NCBI GenBank assembly: GCA_049969675.1
Contig: JBMFOP010000027.1
Span: 1 to 33,072 of the forward strand
DNA length: 33,072 bases
Source of the DNA: Myxococcota bacterium
Lineage (GTDB): Bacteria; Myxococcota; SpSt-1050
Direction: 5' to 3'
In this document: one piece after another, positions 10,835 to 19,503 of the stretch
Numbering within the stretch: the first letter of the stretch is position 1
How the letters are laid out: every line of letters starts with the position of its first letter
Notes under the pieces: model-generated
Databases searched by the model: none
What the model was told of the DNA's origin: nothing
The model's input: only the letters and a program-made list of their open reading frames with translations
Translations under genes and position numbers: made by a program

Positions 10835-11929
10835 CTACCTCAACTTGAGCGTTGCAATACCTGAGATCGCCAGAATTATTGCTATAATCCAGAATCTTAT
10901 AATGACCTTCGTCTCAGGCCACCCCTTCTTCTCAAAGTGGTGATGCAATGGTGCCATCCTGAATATCCTCTTCTGCATGGTCTGATACGAAACCACCTGC
11001 ATAATTACCGATACAGCCTCAATTAAGAATAGACCATTTACTATCATAGATACTATCTCCATCTTGATCAGCACAGCCACCGTCCCAAGGGCTGCACCGA
11101 GAGAGAGAGAGCCGACATCACCCATAAATATCTCAGCTGGATAGAAGTTGTACCATAAAAAACCAATACCTGCACCGATGAGTGATGCAAGGAATACGGT
11201 TAGTTCCCCTGCCCCATCTATATACGCAATCTTGAGATACTCTGCTATATTGAATCCAGCCAGTATCGTCCCAGCCCCATAAGCCAGAATAAGAAATGCG
11301 GTTGCAGAAATAAGTGTAGGACCAATCGCCAGACCGTCCAATCCGTCAGTGAGGTTAAGTGCATTTGCCGTCCCAACTATTACAAGTCCAGCAAAAAGGA
11401 TATAGAAATATCCGATATCTGGATTAAATATCTCAGTCTTAATAAATGGGACAGTCAGTCTTGAATCAAAATTAAACCATTTGATTATTATTGCAAAAAT
11501 GATAAATACAAGTAAAAACTCAATTATAAGCCTCGTCCTGCCAGATAGCCCTCTGGAACTCTTATTCCTGAATTTAGAAATATCGTCTATAAGACCAACA
11601 ATTCCAAATCCCATAGTCATAATCAATGATACAATGACATACATATTTTTATAATCTGATAAGAATACTGTTGAGATAATAATTGCAATCAGCATTGCGA
11701 TCCCACCCATAGTGGGAGTCCCCGCCTTCCTAAAGTGTGTCTCAGGTCCATCATCTCTGACATTCTGACCGAGCTCATGCCTTCTAAAGAATTCAATCAT
11801 CCTTGGAATCATTAAATATACAATGATAAACGACAGTATAGCGGCAAGCACCATCCTGAAAGTAGGATATCTGAATACATTAAACCCGGAAAAATAAGGT
11901 TTTAGACCATAAAAGAAATAGTAAAGCAT
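10835..11929 (-). CDS. mraY: Phospho-MurNAc-pentapeptide transferase
   Basis: KAGTPTMGG, NLTDGLDGLA, FMGDVGS, MAPLHHHFE. Confidence 0.99.
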   Translation of the reverse strand: MLYYFFYGLKPYFSGFNVFRYPTFRMVLAAILSFIIVYLMIPRMIEFFRRHELGQNVRDDGPETHFRKAGTPTMGGIAMLIAIIISTVFLSDYKNMYVIVSLIMTMGFGIVGLIDDISKFRNKSSRGLSGRTRLIIEFLLVFIIFAIIIKWFNFDSRLTVPFIKTEIFNPDIGYFYILFAGLVIVGTANALNLTDGLDGLAIGPTLISATAFLILAYGAGTILAGFNIAEYLKIAYIDGAGELTVFLASLIGAGIGFLWYNFYPAEIFMGDVGSLSLGAALGTVAVLIKMEIVSMIVNGLFLIEAVSVIMQVVSYQTMQKRIFRMAPLHHHFEKKGWPETKVIIRFWIIAIILAISGIATLKLR

Positions 11930-11939
11930 AAATCCCTCG

Positions 11940-13343
11940 TCAAAAAATTGCCCTCAACTCCTCCACGACCTTCTCCATATTCATTGAATGAGAACCCTTT
12001 ATAAGCACCCAGGCCTGATTATGTGCCAGTTTCTTGATAATTGATACTGCATCCGAATGGTTCACCGCCATAAATATTCTGTCCTGTGCATAACCTGATT
12101 TCACCGCCCCATCCCGAATCGCCACCACCTCTCTCCCCAGCAAAATCAATGCATCAATATTGCCAAGTGTAGCAATTATCTCCCCAATCCTCTGATGCAG
12201 TCTATAAGAATCCATACCGAGCTCAAGCATATCAGCCAGTACAGCGATTCTCTGTTCAGCATTTTGTGAGGACAGAAATCTGAGAGCGCCCTCCATTGAG
12301 GAAGGATTTGCATTATAAGTATCATCAATCAGGGTAATTGAAGAGAGCCTGATAATATTCATCCTCCCTTTAACTGGCCTGACTGCCTCCGCCCCCTCCT
12401 TAATCTCCTCTATTGTAAGACCGGCTGCATGTGCCCCAGCAGCAGCGAGGAGCAGATTATCAATATTGTGAACACCTGCAATTTTAAGCCTGATAGGAAT
12501 ACTCCTACTACCTATTCTCAATCTCAAATCAGTATAATCAGAATGAATTATCGGCTCGGATTGGAGAGTTATATCAGCATCCTTATTCTTAGAACAGGTG
12601 ACCTTCTTCCTCTTTAATGATTCCGCCCTCCCTGCAATCCTCTCATCATCCAGATTGATAACACATATACATTCCTCTTTTGAATTCTCAAAGAGCTCCC
12701 ATTTTGCATCAAGCACTCCCTCCACAGAACCGACACCCTCCAGATGAGCCTCTCTCACATTTGTTATCATTGCGATATTTGGTGAGGCTATCTCTGTAAG
12801 TCTCTTAATCTCCTGAAAGGCATTCATCCCCATCTCAAAAACCGCATATTCTATATTTGAATCAACTCTAAATGCGGTGAGCGGAAGTCCTATGAGATTA
12901 TTGTAGTTCCCCTCTGTCTTTAATGTCTTATGATTTACAGAGAGCATTGATGCAAGCAATTCTTTTGTAGTGGTCTTGCCACAGGAGCCTGTTATCGCTA
13001 TCCTTGTGACCTTCTTGCTATTGAGGTATGCCGCCGCAAGATCCCCTAATGCACGCAAAGTATCAGGGACAGCAAAGAGAGTCGTCTCCTGAAATCGCCT
13101 CCCCATCTGAGATTTTACATATTCAACCCTACCTCTGTTAACAACTACTCCAATATTCCCATTATCAATCGCCTGATTTACAAAATCGTGTCCATCAAAT
13201 CTCTCACCAGAAAGAGCAAAGAAGATACCTCTCTCGGTTACAACCCTTGAATCAGTAGAGATATTCAAAAATTCCTCATTCCTATAACCCAAAAACTCGG
13301 TCTTAAATGTCCTGAGTAACATCTCAAGTCTAATTGGCTCCAT
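11940..13343 (-). CDS. murF: UDP-MurNAc-tripeptide--D-Ala-D-Ala ligase
   Basis: GERFDGHDF, ITGSCGKTTTKE, NNLIGLPLT, DDTYNANPSSM, DMLELG, KGS. Confidence 0.98.
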   Translation of the reverse strand: MEPIRLEMLLRTFKTEFLGYRNEEFLNISTDSRVVTERGIFFALSGERFDGHDFVNQAIDNGNIGVVVNRGRVEYVKSQMGRRFQETTLFAVPDTLRALGDLAAAYLNSKKVTRIAITGSCGKTTTKELLASMLSVNHKTLKTEGNYNNLIGLPLTAFRVDSNIEYAVFEMGMNAFQEIKRLTEIASPNIAMITNVREAHLEGVGSVEGVLDAKWELFENSKEECICVINLDDERIAGRAESLKRKKVTCSKNKDADITLQSEPIIHSDYTDLRLRIGSRSIPIRLKIAGVHNIDNLLLAAAGAHAAGLTIEEIKEGAEAVRPVKGRMNIIRLSSITLIDDTYNANPSSMEGALRFLSSQNAEQRIAVLADMLELGMDSYRLHQRIGEIIATLGNIDALILLGREVVAIRDGAVKSGYAQDRIFMAVNHSDAVSIIKKLAHNQAWVLIKGSHSMNMEKVVEELRAIF

Positions 13344-14860
13344 TATAACTCTCCTCTCTTCATAGCAAATGCCCTTTCAGCCTCCTCTACATCTGAAAAA
13401 TATCTTTTTTGAGTTCCTTCAATTATATAATCCTCGTGCCCCTTCCCTGCTATAAGAATTATATCTCCGCTGACGGCACTCATTACAGCCCTTCTGATTG
13501 CCTCTGCCCTATTCTCAATAATGGTATATACCTTACTATTTGCACCTTTTAGTTCGTCCGAATCTATCTTAATAAAACTCTTATCAACTCCCATCTCAAT
13601 ATCTTCAATGATTCTTCCTGGATCTTCTGTACGTGGATTATCACTCGTAATTATGACAACATCAGAGAACTCACAAACGGCTTTCGCCATAAGCGGTCTC
13701 TTCCCTCTATCCCTATCTCCACCGGCCCCAAATACTGTAATTATTCTGTTATGCCCCAGCCCGCTCAATGCAGAGAGGACATTTCTTAATGAATCATCAC
13801 TATGTGCATAGTCCACAAGGCATCTGATTCCAAAATCATTTTTTACCTTCTGTAGTCTTCCGGGTACATATTCCAGATTTGAAATACCCTTTGCAATATC
13901 TTCAAGCCCACAACCGCTCATATACATTGCCCCTGCGGTAGCCATAATATTATATAGATTATGAAGTCCAATCAGATGACTTTTAATACCTATTATCTTA
14001 CCATCAATTGAGATATCTGCCTTTATACTCTCCCCTCCAATCTCATACCTTAAACAATGAATAAATTCATTTCTATTTTGGAGTGAATATCCGAAGATTT
14101 TTGGAAAACTCTCTCCTTTCAATCTCTTACCATATTCATCATCCACATTAATGATTGCTGCCGAATTTTCATCTTTGGAATATTCTCTCTGAAACAACAG
14201 TCTCTTGGCATTGAAATACTCTTCCATATCTCTATGAAAATCCAGATGGTCTCTTGAGAGATTTGTAAAGATCACCACATCAAATTTTAATGCGGCAGTC
14301 CTTCTGAGTGCCAATCCATGAGAAGAGACTTCCATAACAAGAAGGTCAGTATTGGCGTCTCTCATCTCTCTTAAAAGTCTCATAAGCACCAATGCCTCCG
14401 GTGTGGTATTTGGTGCGGGGAGAATCTTATCCTTGTATCTGTAATTTATAGTACCAATTACACCGACATTCATTTTAGAGGCAAGACCAACCGATTCCAC
14501 AAGATATGTTATAGAGGACTTTCCATTTGTCCCGGTCACACCTATCATCTTCATTTCTCTGAAAGGATAGTTATAGTATTTTGCCGCTATAGTATTCATC
14601 GCATCAATAATATTCTCTACCATTATATAATCGCCAAATTTTAATCCTTCTGAAATCTCTCTGTCAACTACAACCACTGAATTACTCTTTAAGGCATCCC
14701 CTACATAGTTGAGCCCATCAGTCCTTGTCCCCTTAATTGCAAAAAATATTGAGGAGTCTATCAACTCCCTTGAATCGGAGGTTATTTTTTTTACCTCAAA
14801 GTCTCTTGAGATACTCTTCTTAACAATCTTTAGTTCAGAGAGCAGTTCAGAGAGTCTCAT
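13343..14860 (-). CDS. murE: UDP-MurNAc-dipeptide--meso-DAP ligase
   Basis: GVTGTNGKS, NTTPE, MEVSSH, DHLDFH, DYAH, GGDRD, SDNPR (DAP-type specificity motif), AGKGHE. Confidence 0.98.
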   Translation of the reverse strand: MRLSELLSELKIVKKSISRDFEVKKITSDSRELIDSSIFFAIKGTRTDGLNYVGDALKSNSVVVVDREISEGLKFGDYIMVENIIDAMNTIAAKYYNYPFREMKMIGVTGTNGKSSITYLVESVGLASKMNVGVIGTINYRYKDKILPAPNTTPEALVLMRLLREMRDANTDLLVMEVSSHGLALRRTAALKFDVVIFTNLSRDHLDFHRDMEEYFNAKRLLFQREYSKDENSAAIINVDDEYGKRLKGESFPKIFGYSLQNRNEFIHCLRYEIGGESIKADISIDGKIIGIKSHLIGLHNLYNIMATAGAMYMSGCGLEDIAKGISNLEYVPGRLQKVKNDFGIRCLVDYAHSDDSLRNVLSALSGLGHNRIITVFGAGGDRDRGKRPLMAKAVCEFSDVVIITSDNPRTEDPGRIIEDIEMGVDKSFIKIDSDELKGANSKVYTIIENRAEAIRRAVMSAVSGDIILIAGKGHEDYIIEGTQKRYFSDVEEAERAFAMKRGEL

Positions 14861-14863
14861 AAA

Positions 14864-17182
14864 TCAATCTCCCCTCTTAAGATATAGAACCACCTTGCGG
14901 TCTTTTGGAATTGAGGAGAATGGCGGTGGAACCTGTTTATAGACTTTGCCTGAACCAACAATATTTATTATCATATCTTTGGGTCTTAAAAACCCAAGTG
15001 CATCTCTCAATGATAGGCCGATAAGATCCGGAACCTCATCTTCGTAGGAGAATCTACTATAGTTTTCTTCCACAATATTCTCCTCACCTTCCTGGACATT
15101 ATCAACAATTGATTTATTACCACCCTTCTCATCCCTTGACTTTGGAAATATCCCCAGGTATTTAAGTGATTTAGAGGCAATTGCGCTAAATACAGGTGCC
15201 GCTACCACACCACCATACACCTCCTGTTGTGGCTCATCAATAGAGACGAGTATCACCAGTTCTGCATCCTCTGCGGGGACAAACCCAACGAATGTCCCTA
15301 TTCTCTTGTCAGAGTAACCCTTTATAACACTATCTACCTTCTGTGCAGTTCCCGTCTTTCCTGCTACATCAAAGCCCTCTACCCTTGCGCGAGTCCCGGT
15401 CCCTCCCTCCTCCGTTACCCTCTTCATCATCTCAATCATCCTGAGTGCTGTCTCAGATGAGATTACTCTCTCTCTCTTTACCGGGTCAAACTGTTTGATT
15501 GTGAGATTTGTTCTTGAATCAATTATGCGATCTACAACTCTCGGGGATATATAGACTCCCTTATTTGCAATTGCCCCAAATGCCGCAGCCAGCTGGAGAG
15601 GGGTTGCTGCCACTGTCTGTCCAAAAGATATGGTTGCAACCGTTATATCGGGCCATTTCTCAAAATTTGGGAATATCCCCTTTGACTCTGCGGGGAGATT
15701 GATTCCGGAGAGAGAGCCAAAACCAAATCTCCTCAGATAATCTATTAACCTATCCCCGCCAAGCCTCAATCCTATCTTTGCCGCCCCAATATTGCTTGAG
15801 AACTTCAATATGTCCTCCACAGAAAGGACTCCGTGTGGATGGGCATCTCTAATAGTTCTGGAACCTATCTTCATCTCTCCGTTCTGACAGTCAAATGTGG
15901 TATCTGGTGTTACAACCCTCTCCTCAAGTGCAGCCGTTATAGTAAATACCTTCATAACAGAACCGGGTTCAAATGGAGAGGATATAGCGCGATTGGTCCT
16001 GACACTGGCAGGATATTGGTTGTAGTTGTTGCTATCAAAATATGGGTAATTTGCAATGGCGAGTATATCACCGGTCTTTGGGTTGAGTACCACGGCATAT
16101 CCAGCAGCAGCATTATATCTCTTTACCCCCTGCTCAAGTTCTGTCTCAACAATATGCTGGATATTTGCATCAATTGTAAGTACCACACGGTTTCCCTCGG
16201 CCATCTTTGCCTGTACATTCTCTCCGGTACATATCTCATTCCCGGATGCATCTCTTATACCACTAATATATTGATATTCGCCTTTGAGACTCTCATTGTA
16301 TTGAAGTTCAATTCCACCTGCACCCTCCTGATCAATATTTGTAAAACCTATAATATGAGAGGCAAGGTGTCTGTGCGGATATGACCTCTTATTCTCTTTA
16401 ATCAACCCAAATGCCTTTGTATAAAAGAAAGGATTCTTCGGGACAAGAGAGGGGAAATTCAATTCAATGAGATATCTATTCAATGCCCTCAATTGCTCCT
16501 TTTCATAATCAGTGAGCTCGCTATAATCTCGGTTTTGATACCCCTTAACCTCTCGCAAAAGTGAGCCACCTACCTCTGTAATTTGCTGATATGTCTTTCT
16601 GTCCAGAATCAACTTCTTATAGAGATATCTGTCGTTTAATATATTATTCAAAAAGACAATCGGATTATCGTTGACCTTTTCAATATTAAGTCTCTCCTTC
16701 AGAAGTGAGACCAGTTTCTTGATATCTCCCTTCCTCTCAAAGTCCTTCTCGTAGAATGGATTTGCCCCTCTTATTTTGAGTGCAAAATTATCATCAATCA
16801 ATCTTGAGACCCACACAAAAGGTCTCTCTTCATTAAAAAGTTTTAATAGTTCCCTCTCCTGCCTTCTTAATAATTGAGATAAGATATGAGCAAAGTATCT
16901 CTTCTCTTCATCATTGCTAAATCTCTGGGGCCTTACAAAGAGGGAGAATCTCTCAACCGTTATAGCGAGCTCCACACCATTTCTGTCAGATATTGTTCCC
17001 CTCTTCGGAGTTAGCTCAATAGCCTTTTCGTGCTGACTGCTCGCCAGATTATTATATTTTTGAGCCTCTCTTATCTGTAGCCCTGATGCCCTGTGTACAA
17101 TGACAATGGTACCAATCACAACAAAACCAATTAAAAGAAATATACGAATTTTTATACCTTTTGTCTTTACTCTCTCTCTCAT
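14864..17182 (-). CDS. ftsI: Class B PBP FtsI/PBP3 with C-terminal PASTA domain and an ~110-aa internal insertion
   Basis: N-terminal TM, RGTISDRNG, RSYP, GxxGIE; catalytic SVMK, SSN and KTG motifs; PASTA-like VPDLIGLSLRDA...GSGKVYKQ. Confidence 0.97.
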   Translation of the reverse strand: MRERVKTKGIKIRIFLLIGFVVIGTIVIVHRASGLQIREAQKYNNLASSQHEKAIELTPKRGTISDRNGVELAITVERFSLFVRPQRFSNDEEKRYFAHILSQLLRRQERELLKLFNEERPFVWVSRLIDDNFALKIRGANPFYEKDFERKGDIKKLVSLLKERLNIEKVNDNPIVFLNNILNDRYLYKKLILDRKTYQQITEVGGSLLREVKGYQNRDYSELTDYEKEQLRALNRYLIELNFPSLVPKNPFFYTKAFGLIKENKRSYPHRHLASHIIGFTNIDQEGAGGIELQYNESLKGEYQYISGIRDASGNEICTGENVQAKMAEGNRVVLTIDANIQHIVETELEQGVKRYNAAAGYAVVLNPKTGDILAIANYPYFDSNNYNQYPASVRTNRAISSPFEPGSVMKVFTITAALEERVVTPDTTFDCQNGEMKIGSRTIRDAHPHGVLSVEDILKFSSNIGAAKIGLRLGGDRLIDYLRRFGFGSLSGINLPAESKGIFPNFEKWPDITVATISFGQTVAATPLQLAAAFGAIANKGVYISPRVVDRIIDSRTNLTIKQFDPVKRERVISSETALRMIEMMKRVTEEGGTGTRARVEGFDVAGKTGTAQKVDSVIKGYSDKRIGTFVGFVPAEDAELVILVSIDEPQQEVYGGVVAAPVFSAIASKSLKYLGIFPKSRDEKGGNKSIVDNVQEGEENIVEENYSRFSYEDEVPDLIGLSLRDALGFLRPKDMIINIVGSGKVYKQVPPPFSSIPKDRKVVLYLKRGD

Positions 17183-17571
17183 CTCGTCTGTCCAATATAG
17201 TTCTTACCCTTATCTGAGGGCTTATACTCAACCTCTATAATATCTTTGGGTTCTGGATATTTCATATTCAGTTTCTCAATTGCATACTTTTCTATGCGTG
17301 ATGGAGATATTAGAACGGAATACTGGGATTTAAGCATCTTATTTTCGTCCAGCAACATCCTCTGCTTCTTATTCTCAATCGGGACAAGATAACTATATTG
17401 AATCACCTGATTACGTATATATAGATGTACTATCGCCACAGATACAAAGATAGCACAGATAATCATCATCGGTAACAGGAACAGGAAATATGAGATTACT
17501 CCCTTAAATCCGTCTCTCCTCTGTTGCCTCTTCACCGTGCTACTATAATTTACATAGGATATCTCTTCCAT
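17179..17571 (-). CDS. ftsL: Cell division protein FtsL
   Basis: One TM helix, short coiled-coil-like stretch, SPSRIEKYAIEKLNMKYP motif; lies between rsmH and ftsI. Confidence 0.88.
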   Translation of the reverse strand: MEEISYVNYSSTVKRQQRRDGFKGVISYFLFLLPMMIICAIFVSVAIVHLYIRNQVIQYSYLVPIENKKQRMLLDENKMLKSQYSVLISPSRIEKYAIEKLNMKYPEPKDIIEVEYKPSDKGKNYIGQTR

Positions 17572-18501
17572 CTAATCCTCCTTTTCACATTCAAAAAATC
17601 TTATAGCCCTCATCTTTGCGCTCCTTGAACGTAGATTCATCCTGATTTCAAAATTAGAAGGTGTGATTACCTTCCTGTTGATGAGTTCTGCCCTGAGTGT
17701 AATACCATCCATTTCTATATAGTCCTGTTTTACAAACTTCCTGAAGATATTCTTGACAATCCTGTCCTCAACCGAGTGGAATGTAATAATAACCACTCTT
17801 GTACCATCTTTAACCATCATAGGTAACTTCATCAGGAATTCTGTCAGATTCCCCACCTCATCATTTACCATCATCCTGATAGCCATAAATATCCTCGTGG
17901 CAGGGTCAATCCTTCCGGGATGTGGGACAAATCTGCTCTTTCGTAGATAACTGGCAAACTGAGACGCATCATTTTCCATATCATTATTGAAGTACTGCTT
18001 AATATATTCTGCAAGCCTTCGGGCATTTCTAATATCGGCAAAATTCTCAAGTGCATAAACTAAGTCTTTTAGATTGACCTCTTTTAGAAATTGATATGCC
18101 GGCACCCTCTGAGAGGGGTCAAACCTCATATCCAGAGGCACGTTCTCTGAAAAACTAAAGCCTCGCCTTGAATTTTCAATCTGATTTGAAGAGAGCCCGA
18201 GGTCAGCAATAACACCATCCACTCTATCTACACCAACACCCTTAAGTATTTTGACTGCATCCTTAAAGTTACCCTTTATGACCTGTACTCTACCTTCGTA
18301 TTCCCTCTGAAGATTGATTGAATTATTTATTGCGTCATCATCCAGATCAGTTGCTATAATACGCCCTCCCCTTTTTAATATCTCTCTTGAGTGCCCACCA
18401 CCTCCTAAAGTGGCATCATAGTATATACCGCCTGGCTTCACATTGAGCATCTCTATAGCCTCTTCAGCCATTACGGTTATATGGGTATACTCCTGCATCA
18501 T
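17572..18501 (-). CDS. rsmH: 16S rRNA m4C1402 methyltransferase RsmH (MraW); start likely ATG 18501 or 18498 rather than TTG 18534
   Basis: HITVM, DATLGGGGHS, DLGLSSNQ, PLDMR, TFHSVEDRIVK, RSRSAKMR; GGAAGG precedes the tandem ATGs. Confidence 0.96.
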   Translation of the reverse strand: MMQEYTHITVMAEEAIEMLNVKPGGIYYDATLGGGGHSREILKRGGRIIATDLDDDAINNSINLQREYEGRVQVIKGNFKDAVKILKGVGVDRVDGVIADLGLSSNQIENSRRGFSFSENVPLDMRFDPSQRVPAYQFLKEVNLKDLVYALENFADIRNARRLAEYIKQYFNNDMENDASQFASYLRKSRFVPHPGRIDPATRIFMAIRMMVNDEVGNLTEFLMKLPMMVKDGTRVVIITFHSVEDRIVKNIFRKFVKQDYIEMDGITLRAELINRKVITPSNFEIRMNLRSRSAKMRAIRFFECEKED

Positions 18502-18530
18502 AATCCTTCCCAGAACTATAGGATACCATC

Positions 18531-18893
18531 TCAATTTCTATAACCCGAGTAGCTTACCTGAACTGAGTAAATATTGTTCAAAACTGATGTATCGCTTATT
18601 ACCTCAAAGTGCTCCGGGACCCTCTCTACATTTAAGATATCCATCAGGATCTTCTTGGTACAGACAATTATAAGCCTTATTCCATCACTCCTTAATTTGT
18701 TCTTGGTATTTATCAGTGAATCAAACGCATGCCGCTGAATATGTTCGCTATTTGAAAGATCCAGAACAAACATCTTGCTTCCAGTAGCGACCTCCCTCCT
18801 CATCTCCCTCAAGAAGTCGGCGACATCAGTTAAACCCACATCCCCTTTCAATGAAAACCAAACAATCCCATTAGAATAATTTTTTCCCAACAT
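18531..18893 (-). CDS. STAS-domain (anti-sigma-factor antagonist-like) protein
   Basis: 120 aa with a STAS pattern (FSLKGDV, FVLDLSNSEHI, GIRLIIVC, ILMDILNV...HFEVI); AGGAGG SD just after the mraZ stop. Confidence 0.85.
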   Translation of the reverse strand: MLGKNYSNGIVWFSLKGDVGLTDVADFLREMRREVATGSKMFVLDLSNSEHIQRHAFDSLINTKNKLRSDGIRLIIVCTKKILMDILNVERVPEHFEVISDTSVLNNIYSVQVSYSGYRN

Positions 18894-18902
18894 AGTCCCT
18901 CC

Positions 18903-19361
18903 TTATAGCTTGAGATTAAGTTTCTGTGCCTTCTTTTTAAGCTCATCAGCGGAGAATCTGAGTTTGGACTCCACCTCTTCAACATAGATATCCCTTGCCC
19001 AGACCTCCATCCTATCTCCAATCCCTGCAATAATACCCTCGGACCTTATCCCGGCATAGTCCTTCAAATCCTGCCTCAAGACAAAGCGTCCCTGTCTATC
19101 AAACTCTGTCTCAAAGGCATAGGTGGTGTAAATCCTTCTGAAGATCTCGGCGTCCTCATCATAAGATGGAAACTTTGAAAGTTCCTCCACTATACTCCTG
19201 TGTAACTTCTCGGGCAGAATCTGAATATTTCTCTTTATCCCCTTTACCAGCACAATCTTATTTGAATAATTTTCAAGTAGCAAATTTCTAAAGACAGATG
19301 GAATAATCAATCTTGATTTTGAATCTAACACAAATGGGAAATGTCCGATGAGATTACTCAC
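18903..19361 (-). CDS. mraZ: dcw cluster transcriptional repressor MraZ
   Basis: Two MraZ repeats (LDSKSRLIIP; FDRQGRF), GIGDRMEVW; first gene of the cluster; GTG start. Confidence 0.95.
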   Translation of the reverse strand: MSNLIGHFPFVLDSKSRLIIPSVFRNLLLENYSNKIVLVKGIKRNIQILPEKLHRSIVEELSKFPSYDEDAEIFRRIYTTYAFETEFDRQGRFVLRQDLKDYAGIRSEGIIAGIGDRMEVWARDIYVEEVESKLRFSADELKKKAQKLNLKL

Positions 19362-19368
19362 TTTTACA

Positions 19369-19420
19369 CCACCATCTGGAATCTAAAACCACTATACACC
19401 ACAACACTCCATCAAGTCAA
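19369..19420 (-). promoter_or_regulatory. dcw promoter with MraZ operator repeats
   Basis: Minus strand: TTGACT (19420-19415) N18 TATAGT (19396-19391). ATGG, GTGG, GTGG and GTGG begin at 19412, 19402, 19392 and 19372, i.e. in 10-nt phase, matching the known MraZ (G)TGG-N6 repeat boxes. Confidence 0.8.
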
Positions 19421-19503
19421 ATAAAAATTAAATATAAATTTGACTATTTTCAGATTTTGCTTTAATAGGAATAAGATTTTGTCCATAATTATAAGGAGTT
19501 AGG

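Noticed and set aside
16427..16768. Intein in FtsI
   Set aside because: No Cys/Ser N-terminal block, no His-Asn followed by Cys/Ser/Thr, no homing-endonuclease motif.
461..18673. Numerous plus-strand ORFs antisense to dcw genes (e.g. 461..928, 5015..5545, 15833..16384)
   Set aside because: They overlap well-conserved genes on the opposite strand and lack recognisable motifs; typical shadow ORFs.
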